Shown here piece after piece: positions 61,531-64,000 of a stretch of DNA of 64,000 bases. The position numbers and the translations under genes were made by a program. The DNA lies in assembly GCF_964204645.1 (NCBI RefSeq), contig NC_134032.1, positions 1,980,416 through 2,044,415 on the forward strand. Reading direction: 5' to 3'. Under the pieces are notes generated by a model that did not search any database, was not told where the DNA came from, and was given only the letters and a program-made list of their open reading frames with translations. Each line of letters opens with the position of its first letter. Positions within the stretch are counted from its first letter, which is position 1. This DNA comes from Tubulanus polymorphus. Taxonomy: Eukaryota; Animalia; Nemertea.

Positions 61531-62508
61531 TTATTTCTGACGATGTTTTGTCCGTGTAACCAAATCAAAGAGTATACGGCGAAATTTCGAGTTGGCCGCG
61601 ACGTAAACGAAAAAGTTCAGAAACGAATCGTTCACCGACATCATTAGTGAAAACTTTCGCAACGTACCTCGCCATGCAGCCTTACTACCGGCTAAAGAAG
61701 CCAGTCTATCGATACAGGGCGATATTTCACAGATAATAAACAGAAACACGATCATTAAAACGGTAGTCGTCGCCTGCGAAACGGATTTAGATTCTTTCCG
61801 CGTAGCGCCGAGTTCGGTCTTATTCGACGTGAGTTTAACGGTTTTGAATATGATTAGAAAATTGAATATTATCAGCGCTAACATCGGACCAAACGCTACA
61901 GTAACGTAATAAGACGCTTGGGATGGTTTAACTAGCTTAGGTAATGCATGGATTTCTAATGATTTATCGCATTTATTCGTTCCGTAGCCATACTTTGTAG
62001 TAATTGCGCCGTGACTGCGCGAAATTAGTGCAACCAGTAATAAAATGACAAAGGCAATATTGAATTTTGCTTTACTGACCCAACGTCGAGCAAAAAAGGG
62101 AAAATACAAATTGATCACTCGGTCGGCCGATACAGCAGGAATAAACATATTCCTGAATCGTAGGGATGTCCCATAAGCATACACAGATGGTATATAAAAT
62201 GCGGGATAGACATTCCCTCCTCCGAGGCGGAATACCATAGTTCCTTTCAGAAAGTAGTATGCCGAAAATCTTACGGTAAAATAGAAAAACGAACATATCA
62301 AGTACAGAATATCAGCGACAGCCAAAAGTTGTAGCAAGTGAAATGATACGATAGGAGATTGAAAAGCGCGTAATACAATGATGTTCACGATATTCAAAAC
62401 GACTCCAAATACACAAACCGGTCCAACGTAGAAAATGTTCATCATCGAAATAATTTCCCGACTCGGTCTCTCCGGGCAAAACAGACCTCCGTAAGTGGTT
62501 GCGTTCAT
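61531..62508 (-). CDS. Intronless rhodopsin-family GPCR (FMRFamide/sex-peptide-receptor-like)
   Basis: 325-aa ORF with NAT sequon, GVVLN, LAVAD, SADR..FPF, FIICEISP, NDSFLNFFVYVAANSKFR. Same subfamily as 9450-10562. Confidence 0.92.
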   Translation of the reverse strand: MNATTYGGLFCPERPSREIISMMNIFYVGPVCVFGVVLNIVNIIVLRAFQSPIVSFHLLQLLAVADILYLICSFFYFTVRFSAYYFLKGTMVFRLGGGNVYPAFYIPSVYAYGTSLRFRNMFIPAVSADRVINLYFPFFARRWVSKAKFNIAFVILLLVALISRSHGAITTKYGYGTNKCDKSLEIHALPKLVKPSQASYYVTVAFGPMLALIIFNFLIIFKTVKLTSNKTELGATRKESKSVSQATTTVLMIVFLFIICEISPCIDRLASLAGSKAAWRGTLRKFSLMMSVNDSFLNFFVYVAANSKFRRILFDLVTRTKHRQK

Positions 62509-63601
62509 ATCTCAGTGAAGACAAATTGCTGAAGGAATTCAATGAATTTCAGCCTTTCAGAACGCGGTACTGTAAGGATGTCTCTATTGTGTTCAAGATC
62601 GCATGGTTCTATTCACTGGTCAATTTGCTCAGAATCGATGGACGACTGAATTTGCTCCGTTCCAATTTGTATCTCGTTAGCAACATTCTCCCGATAGAAA
62701 TTACGTAAACGTTTTATTAGAAATTCTGTACGAGAGCAAAATGTGAAAATGACTTTTATATATAGATCTAATAATGTAAAATATGATATCATTTCTACAA
62801 CCGAGTTTTTATAAAGAGTTCCATCTGGTTCATTTTCAGACCCCAATAAAGATATCGAATATGTAGATGTATTCATTTCTAGCTGTCTGAAATAAGATTT
62901 AAATTCAACGCGCTATTTCTGCGTGTGAAAATCAAAATACTATTGAAATCGAAAATTTCACGCAAGTTAGCCTCGAAATACGCCGTCTTCAATCTTAAAC
63001 AATTCTCAGATCTTGATCTTGATATTTTACTGCGTCTATGACTGCGTTGCCGCATATTGGTGACGCAAGGAGTTGCTTAATTCGGGCGAGCTTTAAGGTA
63101 GTGGTATACTTCTTGCTTCAATTTCGCCCTATATGTACAGGCGTTTTAGTCCATGGTCCACTACAGTTCTTGGGGAAAAGGTCTTACCGTACGCGATAAT
63201 TCCGAGATGTACGGTACACTGACAGCTTGTTACTATTTCCGCTGCTTGTGCGTGATGATACAGGAGAGATACAGTCCTCATTGGGGATGGCAATTGTGCC
63301 AGGTGATCTTTTGATCTAGTGAATTCACGGCGCTATGAATAGTTTCCTACCCCCAACAAAATTTATCATTACTATTTCGTATACAAATATCTACTGACAA
63401 AGATATAAGCCGCGATTTGGACCAAATTGCCCCCGATCAGGCCTGAGAAAAATTTGGCCCGTGCCTAATTAGAGAGCGCGCAAACCAATCATGCAAAAAT
63501 ACTGAAAAATGCTTAAAAAAACGAAGTGAAGTGAGTCACTTCCAGAACCAGTTTTTATAATTTGGATAATTCTCTAAACATTCGTATCATTAACATTCGT
63601 A

Positions 63602-63624
63602 CCTCCCCCTCTCCCCTCTCCCCC

Positions 63625-63707
<83 letters not shown>
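63602..63707. repeat. (CT)n microsatellite
   Basis: Direct inspection. Confidence 0.95.
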
Positions 63708-63709
<2 letters not shown>

Positions 63710-64000
63710 CAGTCTTCTTGAACTTGAACTTCCTTCGAATTTTTAACGAGCAAATCCAATCTCATAAAAAAAGGAACGTCTGTAACGTTTTAAAGGAAAC
63801 GTTTGTCTGAATATGCCCAATCGCGCTTGCGCGTGGTGGTTGTCCGAGAATGATCACAACGCATGTTAGAACCTTGTTATTATTGCGTTTTAGTAATACG
63901 TACTTACTGACTTTGGCCTAACAGTCAACAATTCAATCTACGGTATCTAATTCACACATCTACGTTGTTGTTATGACGCATTTATGTACATACTGCCGGT

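Overview
Intron-rich, AT-rich eukaryotic (metazoan) genomic DNA; the gene content suggests a marine invertebrate, possibly lophotrochozoan (inference only). I rebuilt spliced gene models by hand from GT-AG junctions with matching phases. In order: the 3' half of aspartyl/asparaginyl beta-hydroxylase (ASPH, +), whose last coding exon is present twice; a cluster of intronless rhodopsin-type GPCRs on the opposite strand (one partial, one fragment, one frameshifted, one intact); a small secreted Cys-rich protein with resistin/PCSK9-C-terminal-like modules; an 18-exon astacin metalloprotease (astacin-EGF-CUB-EGF-TSP1-MAM-3xShKT-F5/8C); RIO kinase 3 (-) head-to-head with centrin-3 (+); an unidentified spliced gene; and a further intronless GPCR. 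Introns and intergenic DNA are dense with non-autonomous elements: piggyBac-, Harbinger-, Mutator- and hAT-type MITEs, tRNA-derived SINEs, a CR1/L2 fragment, palindromes carrying hammerhead-ribozyme-like cores, and mini/microsatellites. Most short ORFs in the supplied track are repeat artefacts. No rRNA, intact tRNA or CRISPR array is supported.
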